From Magnetococcales bacterium DC0425bin3 (lineage in GTDB: Bacteria; Pseudomonadota; Magnetococcia; Magnetococcales; DC0425bin3): DNA of 64,000 nt. The notes beneath the pieces were generated by a model. It saw only the letters and a list, made by a program, of their open reading frames with translations, did no database searches and was not told where the DNA came from. Shown here piece by piece: positions 41,657-53,085 of this stretch (position 1 is the stretch's first letter; each line of letters begins with the position of its first letter). Made by a program: the position numbers and the translations under genes. The DNA lies in the NCBI GenBank assembly GCA_002753665.1, contig PEAP01000003.1:15054-79053 (forward strand), in the 5' to 3' direction.

Positions 41657-43108
41657 CTACAGCAGAGGCCGGATGGAGGCCTCCGCCCAATCGATCAGGC
41701 CCCCGGGCAGCAGTCCCCAGTAAAGCACCGCCAGGGTACTTACGGCGATCACCAGTCGGCTCAGCAATCCCACCTCCATGCGGAACGCGGTCTCGGCCTC
41801 CTCGAAATACATCCGCTGCACCACGCGCAGGTAGTAGTAGGCCCCTACCGCCGAGAACAGCACGCCCGTCACCGCCAGGCCGATCATGCCGGCCTTCACC
41901 GCCGCCATGAAGACATAGAACTTGCCGATGAAGCCGGCCAGGGGCGGAATGCCCGCCATGGCGAACATGAAGATGGCCATCAGGAAGGCCAGCAGGGGGC
42001 GTTTCTTTGCCAAGCCGCGGTAGTCGTTGATCTCGTCCCCCACGCCCGCGTTGTTGACCACCAGGATCAGGGCGAAGGTTCCCAGGTTCATGAAGATGTA
42101 GATGGCCAGATAGATCAACACGCTCCGGAAGCCCAGCTCCGTACCGCTGGCGAGACCGATGAGTGCATAGCCGACGTGGCCGATGGAGGAATAGGCCAGC
42201 ATGCGCTTGATGTTGGTCTGGGCGATGGCCGCCAGCGCCCCCACCGCCAGGGATGCCACGGCCAGGAACTGAAGAATGGGTCCCCACTGGGACTGCATGG
42301 GGCCGAAAGGTTCCAGCAGCACCCGGTAGATGGCCGCGAACCCGGCGATCTTGGGCATGGCCGCCATGAAGGCGGTCACCGAAGTCGGGGCGCCCTGATA
42401 GACATCCGGGGCCCACATGTGGAACGGCGCCGCTGCGATCTTGAAGGCCATGCCGGCCAGCACCAACACCACCCCGAGCCGCAGACCGATGCCCGGGGCA
42501 TGGCCGCCGCCTTCCCCCATGGCCTGGGCCACCGCCGCGAACCCGGTGCCGCCGGCGCCGCCATAGATGAGGCTGATCCCGTAAAGCAGCAGACCGGAGG
42601 CCATGGAGCCGAGGACGAAATATTTCAGGCCAGCCTCGTTGGATTTCGGGTCATCCCGGTTGAAGGCCGCCAGCACATAGATGGACAGGGACATCAGCTC
42701 CAGCCCCAGGTAGAGGGTGATGAAATCACCGCTGGAGGCCATCAGCATGCCGCCCAACAGGGCGAACAGGGTCAGCACGAAGTATTCGCCGATGTCCAGG
42801 CGGTGGCGGGCCAGATAATCCCAGGACATCAACAAAGGCAACAGGGTGGCCACCAGCATCAGCAGCTTCATCGCCGAGGCGAAGGGATCCAGCACGAACA
42901 GGCCACCGAAGGTGGTCGTGGTCATCCCGGTCTGGATCAGGAGAATGCCGCCGGCCAGGGCGACCCCCGCCATGGCCACCAGACCCAGCAGGGGCTGGGT
43001 GGTCTCGCGACTCCAGGCGGTGAGCAGCAGCACCCCCATGGCCACCAGCAGGATGAGGATCTCGGGCAGCAAGGCAATCAGATTGATGTCCGGCATTGGA
43101 ACGGGCAT
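41657..43108 (-). CDS. nuoN: NADH-quinone oxidoreductase subunit N
   Basis: Polytopic antiporter-like subunit (LLPEILILLVAMGVLLL...KMLAYSSIGHVGY). Start at ATG 43108 or 43096. The track extension to 43246 is non-homologous. Confidence 0.92.
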   Translation of the reverse strand: MPVPMPDINLIALLPEILILLVAMGVLLLTAWSRETTQPLLGLVAMAGVALAGGILLIQTGMTTTTFGGLFVLDPFASAMKLLMLVATLLPLLMSWDYLARHRLDIGEYFVLTLFALLGGMLMASSGDFITLYLGLELMSLSIYVLAAFNRDDPKSNEAGLKYFVLGSMASGLLLYGISLIYGGAGGTGFAAVAQAMGEGGGHAPGIGLRLGVVLVLAGMAFKIAAAPFHMWAPDVYQGAPTSVTAFMAAMPKIAGFAAIYRVLLEPFGPMQSQWGPILQFLAVASLAVGALAAIAQTNIKRMLAYSSIGHVGYALIGLASGTELGFRSVLIYLAIYIFMNLGTFALILVVNNAGVGDEINDYRGLAKKRPLLAFLMAIFMFAMAGIPPLAGFIGKFYVFMAAVKAGMIGLAVTGVLFSAVGAYYYLRVVQRMYFEEAETAFRMEVGLLSRLVIAVSTLAVLYWGLLPGGLIDWAEASIRPLL

Positions 43109-43217
43109 GGCCTCGACTTCTCCGACTCTGGTGAAAACCCGCCTGCAACGCCCCGGCAGGCTCGTGGGACCCGGGATTGGACGCCGGCACATCCGGCGCA
43201 CCGGGCGCAACCGATGT

Positions 43218-44705
43218 TCAATGCATGGCCATGGCCGCGGCGGCACCCGCCGCCTTCTGTACCGTGGTCTGGGTGATCAGGTTGTCCACCGAGGCATGCA
43301 TCACCTCCAGAAACGGCCCCGGATACAACCCCATCCAGAAGACCAGCACCAGCAGCGGCGCAAACAGCAGCAGTTCCCGGGTGGTCAGGTCCTGCAGGCC
43401 GCGCACGTCGGCATGGACCACCTCGCCGAACACCACCTTCTTGAACATCCACAGCATGTAGGCCGCTCCCAGCACCAGGCCGGTGGCCGCCACCGCCGCC
43501 ACCGCCTTGTTGTGCAGGAAGGCGCCCAACAAAATCAGGAACTCACCGACGAAACCGTTGGTGCCCGGCAGTCCCACCGATGCCATGGTGAAGATCATGA
43601 AAATCACCGCATACACCGGCATGGGATGGACCAGGCCGCCGAAGCGGGCGATCTCCCGGGTATGCAGCCGGTCGTAGACCACGCCCACCAGGAGGAACAG
43701 CGCCCCGGAGACCACCCCGTGGTTGACCATCTGCAGGAGGCCCCCCTCGATGCCCTGCTGATTGAAGGTGAACAGACCGATGGTGACGAACCCCATGTGG
43801 GAGACCGAGCTGTAGGCCACCAGCTTCTTGAGGTCGGTCTGCATCAGGGCCACCAGGGCCGTGTAGACCACCGCCACCAGGGACAGGCCGAAGATGAAGG
43901 GCGTGAAGAAATGGGAGGCGTCCGGCAGCATGGGCAGGCTGAAGCGGATGAAGCCATAGGCCCCCATCTTCAGCAGAATGCCCGCCAGGATCACCGAGCC
44001 GGCCGTGGGCGCCTCCACATGGGCGTCGGGCAGCCAAGTATGGACCGGCCACATGGGCACCTTGACGGCGAAGGAGGCGAAGAAGGCCAGAAAGACCCAG
44101 ACCTGGAAATTGATGGACAGGGGCAAGTCCATCAGCGCCCGAATGTCGAAGGTGCCGGCCTTGACGCCCAGGGCCAGGATGGCGATCAGCATCAGCACCG
44201 ATCCGGCCAGGGTATAGAGGAAGAACTTGAGGGCCGCGTAGACCCGCCGGGGGCCGCCCCAGACGCCGATGATCAGGAACATGGGGATCAGCATCGCCTC
44301 CCAGAGGATGTAGAAGACCACAAAATCCAGGGCGCAGAACACGCCCACCACGAAGGATTCCAGGGCCAGGAAGGCCATCATGTATTCCCGCACTCGCTCC
44401 TTGATGGACTCCCAGGATCCCAGGAGACAGATGGGGGTCAACAGCGTGGTGAGCAGCACGAAGGGCAGGCTGATGCCGTCCACCCCCATGCGGTAGGCGA
44501 TGCCGAAGGCTGGCAGCCAAGCGCTTTCCTCCAGGAACTGGAATTCGGCGGAGGCGGTGTCGAAGCCGGTGTAGAGGCGCAGGCTCAGCAGGAAGGTGAG
44601 CAGGCTGATCCCCAGGGCGAACCGTTTCGCCGTGGCCGGGTTGCGAATGGCCAGGAAGATGAACAACCCGCCTGCCAATGGAAGAAAGGTTACCAGACTC
44701 AACAT
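43218..44705 (-). CDS. nuoM: NADH-quinone oxidoreductase subunit M
   Basis: WLPDAHVEAPTAGSVILAGILLKMG...KKLVAYSSVSHMGF. Confidence 0.95.
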   Translation of the reverse strand: MLSLVTFLPLAGGLFIFLAIRNPATAKRFALGISLLTFLLSLRLYTGFDTASAEFQFLEESAWLPAFGIAYRMGVDGISLPFVLLTTLLTPICLLGSWESIKERVREYMMAFLALESFVVGVFCALDFVVFYILWEAMLIPMFLIIGVWGGPRRVYAALKFFLYTLAGSVLMLIAILALGVKAGTFDIRALMDLPLSINFQVWVFLAFFASFAVKVPMWPVHTWLPDAHVEAPTAGSVILAGILLKMGAYGFIRFSLPMLPDASHFFTPFIFGLSLVAVVYTALVALMQTDLKKLVAYSSVSHMGFVTIGLFTFNQQGIEGGLLQMVNHGVVSGALFLLVGVVYDRLHTREIARFGGLVHPMPVYAVIFMIFTMASVGLPGTNGFVGEFLILLGAFLHNKAVAAVAATGLVLGAAYMLWMFKKVVFGEVVHADVRGLQDLTTRELLLFAPLLVLVFWMGLYPGPFLEVMHASVDNLITQTTVQKAAGAAAAMAMH

Positions 44706-44759
44706 GGTCAGATCATCCCGCTGTCACGATGGAAACGTTGCACGCGGTTCTCCCCGGGG

Positions 44760-46676
44760 TCACCCATACCAGGTGGCCAGGACCAGCACGCCGACCAGCA
44801 TGGCGAAGGCATAGTGGTAAACGTAACCGGTCTGGGCCCGCCCCATGCGCCGGGCCAAGCGGACACAGGTGGCAGCCAAGCCGTTGACCCCGTAGCCGTC
44901 GATGATGGTTTCGTCGCCGGTCTTCCACAGCCCGCGGCCGATCGCCTTGGCGGGCCCCACGAACAGGGTGTCGTAGAGCCGGTCGAAGTACCAGGCATTG
45001 GCGAGGAAACGGTAGGTCCCGGCCCACACCTCGGCCATGGCCGGCGGCAGGTTGGGGTTCTTGATGTAGAGGTACCAGGCCAGCCCGAGGCCGATCAGGA
45101 ACATGCCGAAGGGCAGCCACTTGACCCAGGCGCTCACATGGTGGGAATGGGCCAGGGCGTCATGGCCGGCGGCCACGAAGACACCCGGTCCGAACCAGCC
45201 CTCGCCCACCAGGGGCATGCCGATCCAGCCGGCGAAGACCGCGCCCAGGGCCAGCACCAGCAGGGGCGCCCGGATGGACCAGGGCGCCTCATGGGCATGG
45301 TCCCAGGCATGCCGATCCGCCGGCCGACCATGAAACGTCATGAACACCAAGCGGAAGGAATAGAAGGTGGTCATCACCGCCGCCAGGATGCCCAAGGTCC
45401 AGGCGAAGGTGCCGGTGGCGGTATGGGCGGCGAAGGCGGACTCCAGGATGGCATCCTTGGAATAGAACCCGGCCAGGAAGGGGAAGCCGGTCAGGGCCAG
45501 GGTGCCAATCATCATCAGGGCGTAGGTGATGGGAATCTTGGCCTTCAGCCCCCCCATCCTGCGCATGTCCTGCTCGTGGTGCATGGCGTTGATCACCGCT
45601 CCCGCCCCCAGGAACAGCAGGGCCTTGAAAAAGGCGTGGGTCATCAGGTGAAACATGGCGGCGGCATAGGCGGACACGCCGGCGGCGAAGAACATGTACC
45701 CCAACTGGGAGCAGGTCGAGTAGGCGATCACCCGCTTGATGTCGTTCTGAACCAGGCCCACCGTGGCGGCGAAGAAGGCGGTCAGCGCGCCGACGATGGT
45801 CACCACCGCCAGGGCGGTTTCCGAGAGTTCGAACAGGGGCGAGGCCCGGCAGACCATGAACACCCCGGCGGTCACCATGGTGGCGGCATGGATCAGGGCC
45901 GACACCGGGGTGGGGCCTTCCATGGCGTCCGGCAGCCAGGTATGCAGGCCCAACTGGGCCGATTTGCCCATGGCGCCCACGAACAGCAGCAGGCAGATCA
46001 GGGTAATGGTGTCCACCGGGCCCCAGAACAGAAAGTCAACCGTCGGAGGGAACTGCCCGGTGGCGGCCATGTGGAACACCTGCTGGTAATCCAGGGTGCC
46101 GAACACCATGAAGATGGCGAAAATGCCCAGCGCGAATCCGAAGTCTCCCACCCGGTTGACCAGAAACGCCTTGATGGCGGCGTTGCAGGCCGACTCCTTC
46201 TTGAACCAGAAGCCGATCAGCAGGTAGGACGCCAGGCCCACCCCTTCCCAACCGAAAAACAGTTGGAGAAAATTGTCCCCGGTCACCAGCACCAGCATGG
46301 CGAAGGTGAAGAGCGAGAGATAGCTGAAGAAGCGCGGCTGGTCGGGATCCTCCGCCATGTACCCAACTGAATAGATGTGGACCATGGTCGACACCCCGGT
46401 GACCACGATCAGCATCACCGCCGTCAGGCGGTCGATCAGCAGAGCGAAGGCAACCTGGAAATCCCCTGAAACGATCCAGGAGAAGACCGGCTCGTGGATC
46501 ACCGGCGCCTCGCCCACAGCCACGGCGAGGAACACCTGGATGGAGATCAGCATGGCGAGTCCCACCCCGGCGATGGTCACCAGTTGGCTCAGCCGGTTGC
46601 CGAGCCGGCGACCCAGCAAGCCGGTGATCAGGGAGCCGGCCAGGGGCAACAGTACGATCAGTAGGTTTTTGCTCAT
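44760..46676 (-). CDS. nuoL: NADH-quinone oxidoreductase subunit L
   Basis: MSKNLLIVLLPLAGS...FFGWEGVGLASYLLIGFW...HTWLPDAMEGPTPVSALIHAATMVTAGV. The true ATG is at 46676; the track ORF runs on into the upstream repeat. Confidence 0.95.
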   Translation of the reverse strand: MSKNLLIVLLPLAGSLITGLLGRRLGNRLSQLVTIAGVGLAMLISIQVFLAVAVGEAPVIHEPVFSWIVSGDFQVAFALLIDRLTAVMLIVVTGVSTMVHIYSVGYMAEDPDQPRFFSYLSLFTFAMLVLVTGDNFLQLFFGWEGVGLASYLLIGFWFKKESACNAAIKAFLVNRVGDFGFALGIFAIFMVFGTLDYQQVFHMAATGQFPPTVDFLFWGPVDTITLICLLLFVGAMGKSAQLGLHTWLPDAMEGPTPVSALIHAATMVTAGVFMVCRASPLFELSETALAVVTIVGALTAFFAATVGLVQNDIKRVIAYSTCSQLGYMFFAAGVSAYAAAMFHLMTHAFFKALLFLGAGAVINAMHHEQDMRRMGGLKAKIPITYALMMIGTLALTGFPFLAGFYSKDAILESAFAAHTATGTFAWTLGILAAVMTTFYSFRLVFMTFHGRPADRHAWDHAHEAPWSIRAPLLVLALGAVFAGWIGMPLVGEGWFGPGVFVAAGHDALAHSHHVSAWVKWLPFGMFLIGLGLAWYLYIKNPNLPPAMAEVWAGTYRFLANAWYFDRLYDTLFVGPAKAIGRGLWKTGDETIIDGYGVNGLAATCVRLARRMGRAQTGYVYHYAFAMLVGVLVLATWYG

Positions 46677-46700
46677 GCGCTTTCCGCCGGCTGTTGCTAA

Positions 46701-46840
46701 CCTTTGATGGATGGGGGAGGCCTCCCTCCACCCTCCACCGATGAAAACCGCTTCCCGGCTTCCTCGGTAACCTTTGATGGATGGGGGAGGCCTCCCTCCA
46801 CCCTCCACCGATGAAAACCGCTTCCCGGCTTCCTCGGTAA
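46701..46840 (+). repeat. dispersed repeat, copies C and D: perfect 70-bp tandem duplication in the nuoK-nuoL spacer
   Basis: cctttgatggatgggggaggcctccctccaccctccaccgatgaaaaccgcttcccggcttcctcggtaa occurs twice head-to-tail (46701-46770 and 46771-46840) and reads identical. Confidence 0.95.
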
Positions 46841-46851
46841 AGATCCGTTGG

Positions 46852-47157
46852 TCAACCCTTCAGCGAGTCGATCTCTTCCACGTCGATGGTGGCCCGGTTG
46901 CGGAAGAAGGCCACCAGAATGGCCAGGCCGATGGCCGCCTCCGCCGCCGCCACCGTCAGGACGAAAAAGGTGAACACCTGCCCCGTCACATCGCCCATGA
47001 ACCGTGAAAAGGCCACGAAGTTGAGGTTCACCGACAGCAGAATCAGCTCGATGCTCATCAGGATGATGATGACGTTCTTCCGGTTGAGAAAGATGCCGAA
47101 CAGTCCGATGGCGAACAGGATGGCGGCAAGGACCAGATAATGGTTGAGTCCGACCAC
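46852..47157 (-). CDS. nuoK: NADH-quinone oxidoreductase subunit K
   Basis: 101 aa with three TM helices; ...[18 protein letters not shown]...[15 protein letters not shown]. Confidence 0.95.
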   Translation of the reverse strand: MVGLNHYLVLAAILFAIGLFGIFLNRKNVIIILMSIELILLSVNLNFVAFSRFMGDVTGQVFTFFVLTVAAAEAAIGLAILVAFFRNRATIDVEEIDSLKG

Positions 47158-47159
47158 GG

Positions 47160-47756
47160 TTAGGCTCCTTCTCCGGAGGCCACCTTCTTCAGTTCCACCG
47201 CCTGGTCCCGGGTGCGGGCCAGCTGGTGGGAAATCACCTGCTTGCGGACATCGGGCCGCTTGCGCAGCGTCAGCACGATGGCCCCGATCATGGCCACCAG
47301 CAGCACCAGGGAGGCGATTTCGAAGGGCAACAGGTAGGTGGTATAGAGGACCCGCCCGATGGCCAGGGTGTTGGGCACCGCCACCGCCGGTTCCGTCACT
47401 GGCCCGGCCGAGTGCTGGGCCAGGGCCACGATGATCAGCTCCACCAGGATCACACCCCCCACCGCCAGCCCCACGGGCAGGTGGGACAGGGCGCCCCGGC
47501 GCAGCTCGGCGAAGTCCACGTCCAGCATCATGACCACGAACAGGAACAGCACCGCCACCGCGCCCATGTAGACCATCACCAGGATGGCGGCCAGGAACTC
47601 CGCCCGAAGCAGCACGAACAGGCCGGCCGCCGTGAAGAAGGTCAGGACCAGAAACAGGGCCGAATGCACCGGATTGCGGGTGGTGACCACCCGCAGGGCG
47701 GCGATCACCAACACCGCCGCCAACAGGTAGAAGACGATATCAGCCACAGGGATCAT
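47160..47756 (-). CDS. nuoJ: NADH-quinone oxidoreductase subunit J
   Basis: [41 protein letters not shown]...[26 protein letters not shown]. The start is ATG 47756. Confidence 0.93.
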   Translation of the reverse strand: MIPVADIVFYLLAAVLVIAALRVVTTRNPVHSALFLVLTFFTAAGLFVLLRAEFLAAILVMVYMGAVAVLFLFVVMMLDVDFAELRRGALSHLPVGLAVGGVILVELIIVALAQHSAGPVTEPAVAVPNTLAIGRVLYTTYLLPFEIASLVLLVAMIGAIVLTLRKRPDVRKQVISHQLARTRDQAVELKKVASGEGA

Positions 47757-47772
47757 GAATCGGTCGCCCCTT

Positions 47773-48267
47773 TCAACGGTATTTGGCGTTGGCCGCCAGG
47801 TTGGCATCCACCTGTTTGCCCCATCGGTCACCGTTGGCCAACAGCTTGGCCTTGTCGTAGATGAGCCCCCGGCGGGTTTCGGAGTAGAACTCGAAATTGG
47901 GTCCCATGACGATGGCATCCACAGGACAGGCCTCCTGGCAGTAGCCACAGTAGATGCACTTGGCCATGTCGATGTCGTAGACCCTGGTCAGCCGCTGGCT
48001 GGCGGTGGAGCCGGGATCGATTTCGATGTAGATCGCCTGGGCCGGACAGACCGCCTCGCACAGTTTGCAGGCGACACAACGTTCCGTGCCGTTGTCATGG
48101 CGCCGCAGCACATGCTCGCCCCGGAACCGGGGAGAGAGGGGGGTACGCTGTTCGGGATACTGGATGGTGATCTTGGGCTTGAACATGTACTTCAGGGTCA
48201 CGCCCAAACCCGCCACCAGCTCCCGCAGGGCAAAGCTATCCAGAACCGTCATGATGTTCAGGCCCAT
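47773..48267 (-). CDS. nuoI: NADH-quinone oxidoreductase subunit I (2x[4Fe-4S] ferredoxin)
   Basis: [12 protein letters not shown] and [12 protein letters not shown] cluster motifs. Confidence 0.95.
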   Translation of the reverse strand: MGLNIMTVLDSFALRELVAGLGVTLKYMFKPKITIQYPEQRTPLSPRFRGEHVLRRHDNGTERCVACKLCEAVCPAQAIYIEIDPGSTASQRLTRVYDIDMAKCIYCGYCQEACPVDAIVMGPNFEFYSETRRGLIYDKAKLLANGDRWGKQVDANLAANAKYR

Positions 48268-48280
48268 GCCCGCTCCTCCC

Positions 48281-49309
<1,029 letters not shown>

Positions 49310-49345
49310 GGTCCTCCCCGGTTCCAGACCTGTTGCCCATCCGCC

Positions 49346-51754
49346 TCACAACCCGGCCACGATGACCCGGGGGAAGTCTTCTCCCCCACCACCCAGCCCC
49401 TGGGTCGGAGCCACGGCGTACCCGTAATGACCCACCAGCACCCCCTGGGGAACACGGGCGTCCACCGCCAGCGTCAGCTCCACCCGTCGGTCGCCTTGGA
49501 TCAGCCGCACCCGCTGGCCATCGGCCACCTTGTGGGCGGCCGCGTCGGCGGGATTGATCCGCACCCGGTTGCCCGGACTCAGCTGGGCCATGATCCGGGA
49601 ATTGCGCACCACCGCGTCATCGTGATGGAAGGCGGTCTCCAGCACCAGGGCCAACCCCGTTCCCGGGGCCACCGCCGCTCCGCCCCCGGCGGGGGCCAAT
49701 CCGGTGGTGACCGGTTTGTGGTCGCAGGCCGGCGACAGCTCCCCCGGGGCCAGACTGACCAGGTTGTAGCGGTGATCCGCCTCGGCCATCGCTTCCCGCA
49801 GGGCCTCGATGGTGTTGTAGGCCAAGGATTGGGGAAAATGGTCGCTCAGCGCCCGCAGAATGCGCCAGTCGGCCTTGGCCTCCCCCGGGGGGGGAACCGC
49901 CATGCCGCCCCGCTGCACCCGCCCTTCCGCGTTGGTGAAGGTGGCCTCCTGCTCCGCCCCGCAGGCTCCCGGCAGCACCACCGCGGCATGGTTCACCACC
50001 GGCCCGACATGGGTGCCCAGATAGATCACCTGGGCCTTGGTCAGCGCCTCCCGAGCCAGTCCGGCTTCGATTCCGTCCAGCAGGGGATCGGCCCCCAGCA
50101 GGAACAGCACCTTCACCTCGCCCGCGGCGGCCGCGGCGAGAATTCCCGCGGCGTTGCGGCCGCCCTTGGCCAGAGGACGGTAGCCGGGTCCCCGATGGGG
50201 CACCACCCCGAGATCCTGGGCCGCGGCGGCATTGGCCTCCGGCGCCACCCGGTTGTAGCCGTTCCACCCGTCGCCTCCCAGGGCGCCGCAGGCCTCCAGG
50301 ATCGCCACCGCCAAGCGACGCAGGCTCTCCGCCTGGGGATGGTCGACGGCATATTCCCCCAGCAGGATCGCTGGCTTCTTCGCTCCCTGCAGCAGCTCGG
50401 CCAGCTGTCCGGACGGCCGGCTATCGGGCCTTCCCCCTAGTGCCGCCAGTACCGCGCCGAGGAATGCCGGCTCCTCTCCCGGCGCCACCACCCATTCCCG
50501 CAGGCCGGGCAGGTTGTTTGCCAGTTGCCGGGGATTGACCGCCACCACCCGGGCGCCGGCCTCCAGGGCCCGGCGCAGGCGCAGGTTCAGCAGCGGGGTC
50601 TCGAAGCGCGGGTCCGCCCCCAGCAGCAGGATACAGTCCGCCTCCGGCAGTTTTTCCAAGGAGGTATTCATCAGCAGATCGGCCCGGGTCAGGGCCTCGG
50701 CGTCGCCGCTGAAATCCCGTTGCCGCAGGCGATGGTCGATGTGGGGAGTGCCCACCGCGTTGCGCAGCAGATCCTGGAAGGCGAACAGCGCCTCCGCCGT
50801 GGCGTGGCGGGCATCGGCCAGGCCGGCCACCGCGTCCGGGTCCACCCCCTTGAGAATCTCTCCGGCCCGCTGCAAAGCTTCCGCCCAGGCGACCGGCAAG
50901 GCTTCCCGGGCGCCCACCGCCCGCACCAGGGGCCGCTCCAGCCGTTTTTCGGACAGACCGTCGTAGGAGAAACGCCCCTTGTCGCAAATCCAGGTCTGGT
51001 TGATGGGCTCGCACTGATCGGCCCGGATCCGCTTCACCCGTCCCGCCAGATGGTCCCGCCGCACCCGGCAACCCACCGGGCAGTGGTGACAGACCCCGGG
51101 ACTGGTGCGCAGCTCCCAGCTGCGGGCCTGAAAATGAAACGGCTTGTCGTTGAGGGCCCCCACCGGACAGATTTCCGCCAGGTTGCCGGCCATTTCCGAA
51201 GTCAGGGCCTGTTCCACCCAGGGCCCCACCTCCATGTGGTCCCCCCGGAACATGGCGCCCAGTTCCTCCACCCCCGCCACCTCGATGGTGAAACGGATGC
51301 AGCGGGTGCAGTGGATGCAGCGGTCCATCTCGGTTTCGATGAGAGGACCCAGATTCTTGTTGCGAACCTGCCGTTTCTCCTCGTGGAAACGGCTGCGGTC
51401 GGGGCCATACTTCATGGCCAGATCCTGGAGGGAGCAGTCCCCCCCCTGGTCACAGACCGGGCAGTCCAAGGGATGGTTGATGAGCAGAAACTCCATCATC
51501 CCCCGCCGGGCCTGGCGCACCATCTCGCTGGCGGTCTTCACCACCATGCCGTCATTGACGGGCATGGCGCAGGAAGCCACCGGCTTGGGCATCTTTTCCA
51601 CTTCCACCAGGCACATGCGACAGTTGCCCGCCACCGACAGCCCCGGGTGGTAGCAGAAATGGGGAATGTACTGGCCCAGCTTTCTGGCGGCCTCCATGAT
51701 CGTGGTCCCGGGCTGGACCGTGATCTCCTTGCCATCGATGATCAGGGTAGGCAT
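49346..51754 (-). CDS. nuoG: NADH-quinone oxidoreductase subunit G
   Basis: MPTLIIDGKEITVQPGTTIMEAA...HFCYHPGLSVAGNCRMCLVEV...CPVCDQGGDC. ATG 51754 is preceded by GAGGAG. Confidence 0.95.
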   Translation of the reverse strand: MPTLIIDGKEITVQPGTTIMEAARKLGQYIPHFCYHPGLSVAGNCRMCLVEVEKMPKPVASCAMPVNDGMVVKTASEMVRQARRGMMEFLLINHPLDCPVCDQGGDCSLQDLAMKYGPDRSRFHEEKRQVRNKNLGPLIETEMDRCIHCTRCIRFTIEVAGVEELGAMFRGDHMEVGPWVEQALTSEMAGNLAEICPVGALNDKPFHFQARSWELRTSPGVCHHCPVGCRVRRDHLAGRVKRIRADQCEPINQTWICDKGRFSYDGLSEKRLERPLVRAVGAREALPVAWAEALQRAGEILKGVDPDAVAGLADARHATAEALFAFQDLLRNAVGTPHIDHRLRQRDFSGDAEALTRADLLMNTSLEKLPEADCILLLGADPRFETPLLNLRLRRALEAGARVVAVNPRQLANNLPGLREWVVAPGEEPAFLGAVLAALGGRPDSRPSGQLAELLQGAKKPAILLGEYAVDHPQAESLRRLAVAILEACGALGGDGWNGYNRVAPEANAAAAQDLGVVPHRGPGYRPLAKGGRNAAGILAAAAAGEVKVLFLLGADPLLDGIEAGLAREALTKAQVIYLGTHVGPVVNHAAVVLPGACGAEQEATFTNAEGRVQRGGMAVPPPGEAKADWRILRALSDHFPQSLAYNTIEALREAMAEADHRYNLVSLAPGELSPACDHKPVTTGLAPAGGGAAVAPGTGLALVLETAFHHDDAVVRNSRIMAQLSPGNRVRINPADAAAHKVADGQRVRLIQGDRRVELTLAVDARVPQGVLVGHYGYAVAPTQGLGGGGEDFPRVIVAGL

Positions 51755-51768
51755 CGTCGGTTCGCTCC

Positions 51769-53085
51769 TCATCCCACCAAGCAGCGGCCATGTTCGACGT
51801 GATAGTCGAACTCTTCCGGAAAGGCCTTGATCGCCCCGACCACCGGCATGGCCGCGGCGTCGCCCAGGGCACAGATGGTCTTGCCGGACATGTTGGTGCA
51901 GATCTCCTTCAGCAACGCGATATCCCCCTTCTCCCCCCGGCCGTTTTCGATGCGATTCATCACCTGGGAGAGCCACCCGGTTCCTTCACGGCAGGGGGTA
52001 CACTGGCCACAGGATTCATGCCGGTAGAAGCGGGACAGCCGGGCGATGGCTCGCACGATGCACACCGACTTGTCCATCACGATCACCGACCCCGCCCCCA
52101 GCATGCTGCCGGCCTTGGCCAGGGAGTCGTAATCCATGGTGACCGTGGCGCAGGCAACGGCGGTCAGCACCGGGGTGGAAGAGCCGCCGGGAATCACCCC
52201 CTTGAGGTTCTCCCATCCGCCCCGCACCCCGCCGGCATGTTCCTCGATCAGGGTCTTGAGAGGGATGCCCAACTCCACCTCGTAGTTGCCCGGCCGATTG
52301 ACATGGCCCGAAACAGAAAAGAGCTTGGTGCCGCTGGACTTGTCCACCCCCAGGCCGGCATACCACGCCCCGCCGCGCTCCAGGATGGCGGGCACGGCGG
52401 CCAGGGTTTCGACGTTATTGATCACCGTGGGACAGCCATAGAGGCCCACGTTGGCTGGAAACGGCGGCTTGAGGCGGGGCTGGCCCTTCTTGCCCTCCAG
52501 GGATTCCACCAGACCGGTTTCCTCGCCGCAGACATAGGCCCCGGCCCCCCGGTGGACGGTCAATTGAAAACGGACGCCATCCCGGCCCAGAACCCGGTCC
52601 CCCAGCAACCCGGCCCCATAGGCTTCGTCCACGGCGGCCTGCAGCCGCTCGTACTCCCGATAGAACTCGCCGCGGATGTAGATGAACCCCCACTCCGCCT
52701 GCACCGCATAGGCGGCGATGATCATGCCCTCGATCAGCAGGTGGGGATCATGCCGCAAGATCTCCCGGTCCTTGCAGGTCCCCGGCTCACCCTCATCGGC
52801 ATTGCAGACCAGGTAGCGGGGACGGGGATCCTTCTTGGGGATGAAGGACCATTTCAGTCCGGCGGGAAACCCGGCGCCACCCCGCCCCCGCAGCCCGGAC
52901 TTCTTCACCTCTTCGATCACCTCGTCCCGGCTCATGGCCAGGGCCTTTTCGGCGGCCTGGTAGCCGCCCCGCTGGCGGGCCACCGCCAGGGTATGGCTCC
53001 CGTCCAATTGCAAGTTTCTGTAGACCACCAGCGTCTGGGCGCTCTTGCTCATTCCGTTGCCTTTGCGTTGAACCCCGTCGGACAC
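51769..53085 (-). CDS. nuoF: NADH-quinone oxidoreductase subunit F
   Basis: GLRGRGGAGFPAGLKWSF...NADEGEPGTCKDREI...ESCGQCTPCREG. GTG 53085 abuts the nuoE stop; the alternative start is ATG 53052. Confidence 0.95.
   Translation of the reverse strand: MSDGVQRKGNGMSKSAQTLVVYRNLQLDGSHTLAVARQRGGYQAAEKALAMSRDEVIEEVKKSGLRGRGGAGFPAGLKWSFIPKKDPRPRYLVCNADEGEPGTCKDREILRHDPHLLIEGMIIAAYAVQAEWGFIYIRGEFYREYERLQAAVDEAYGAGLLGDRVLGRDGVRFQLTVHRGAGAYVCGEETGLVESLEGKKGQPRLKPPFPANVGLYGCPTVINNVETLAAVPAILERGGAWYAGLGVDKSSGTKLFSVSGHVNRPGNYEVELGIPLKTLIEEHAGGVRGGWENLKGVIPGGSSTPVLTAVACATVTMDYDSLAKAGSMLGAGSVIVMDKSVCIVRAIARLSRFYRHESCGQCTPCREGTGWLSQVMNRIENGRGEKGDIALLKEICTNMSGKTICALGDAAAMPVVGAIKAFPEEFDYHVEHGRCLVG

Noticed and set aside
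42846-46370. 1174-aa plus-strand ORF, the longest in the track
   Set aside because: It is antisense to nuoN/nuoM/nuoL, which have unambiguous homology on the minus strand. The translation is a G/H/Q/P/R/D-rich low-information sequence, typical of stop-free antisense frames in high-GC DNA.
46701-46840. CRISPR-like array (also considered for 16577..16924)
   Set aside because: The units are directly abutting, with no unique spacers, and there are only two 70-bp units here. The 6-bp tract is coding. No cas genes are in the window.
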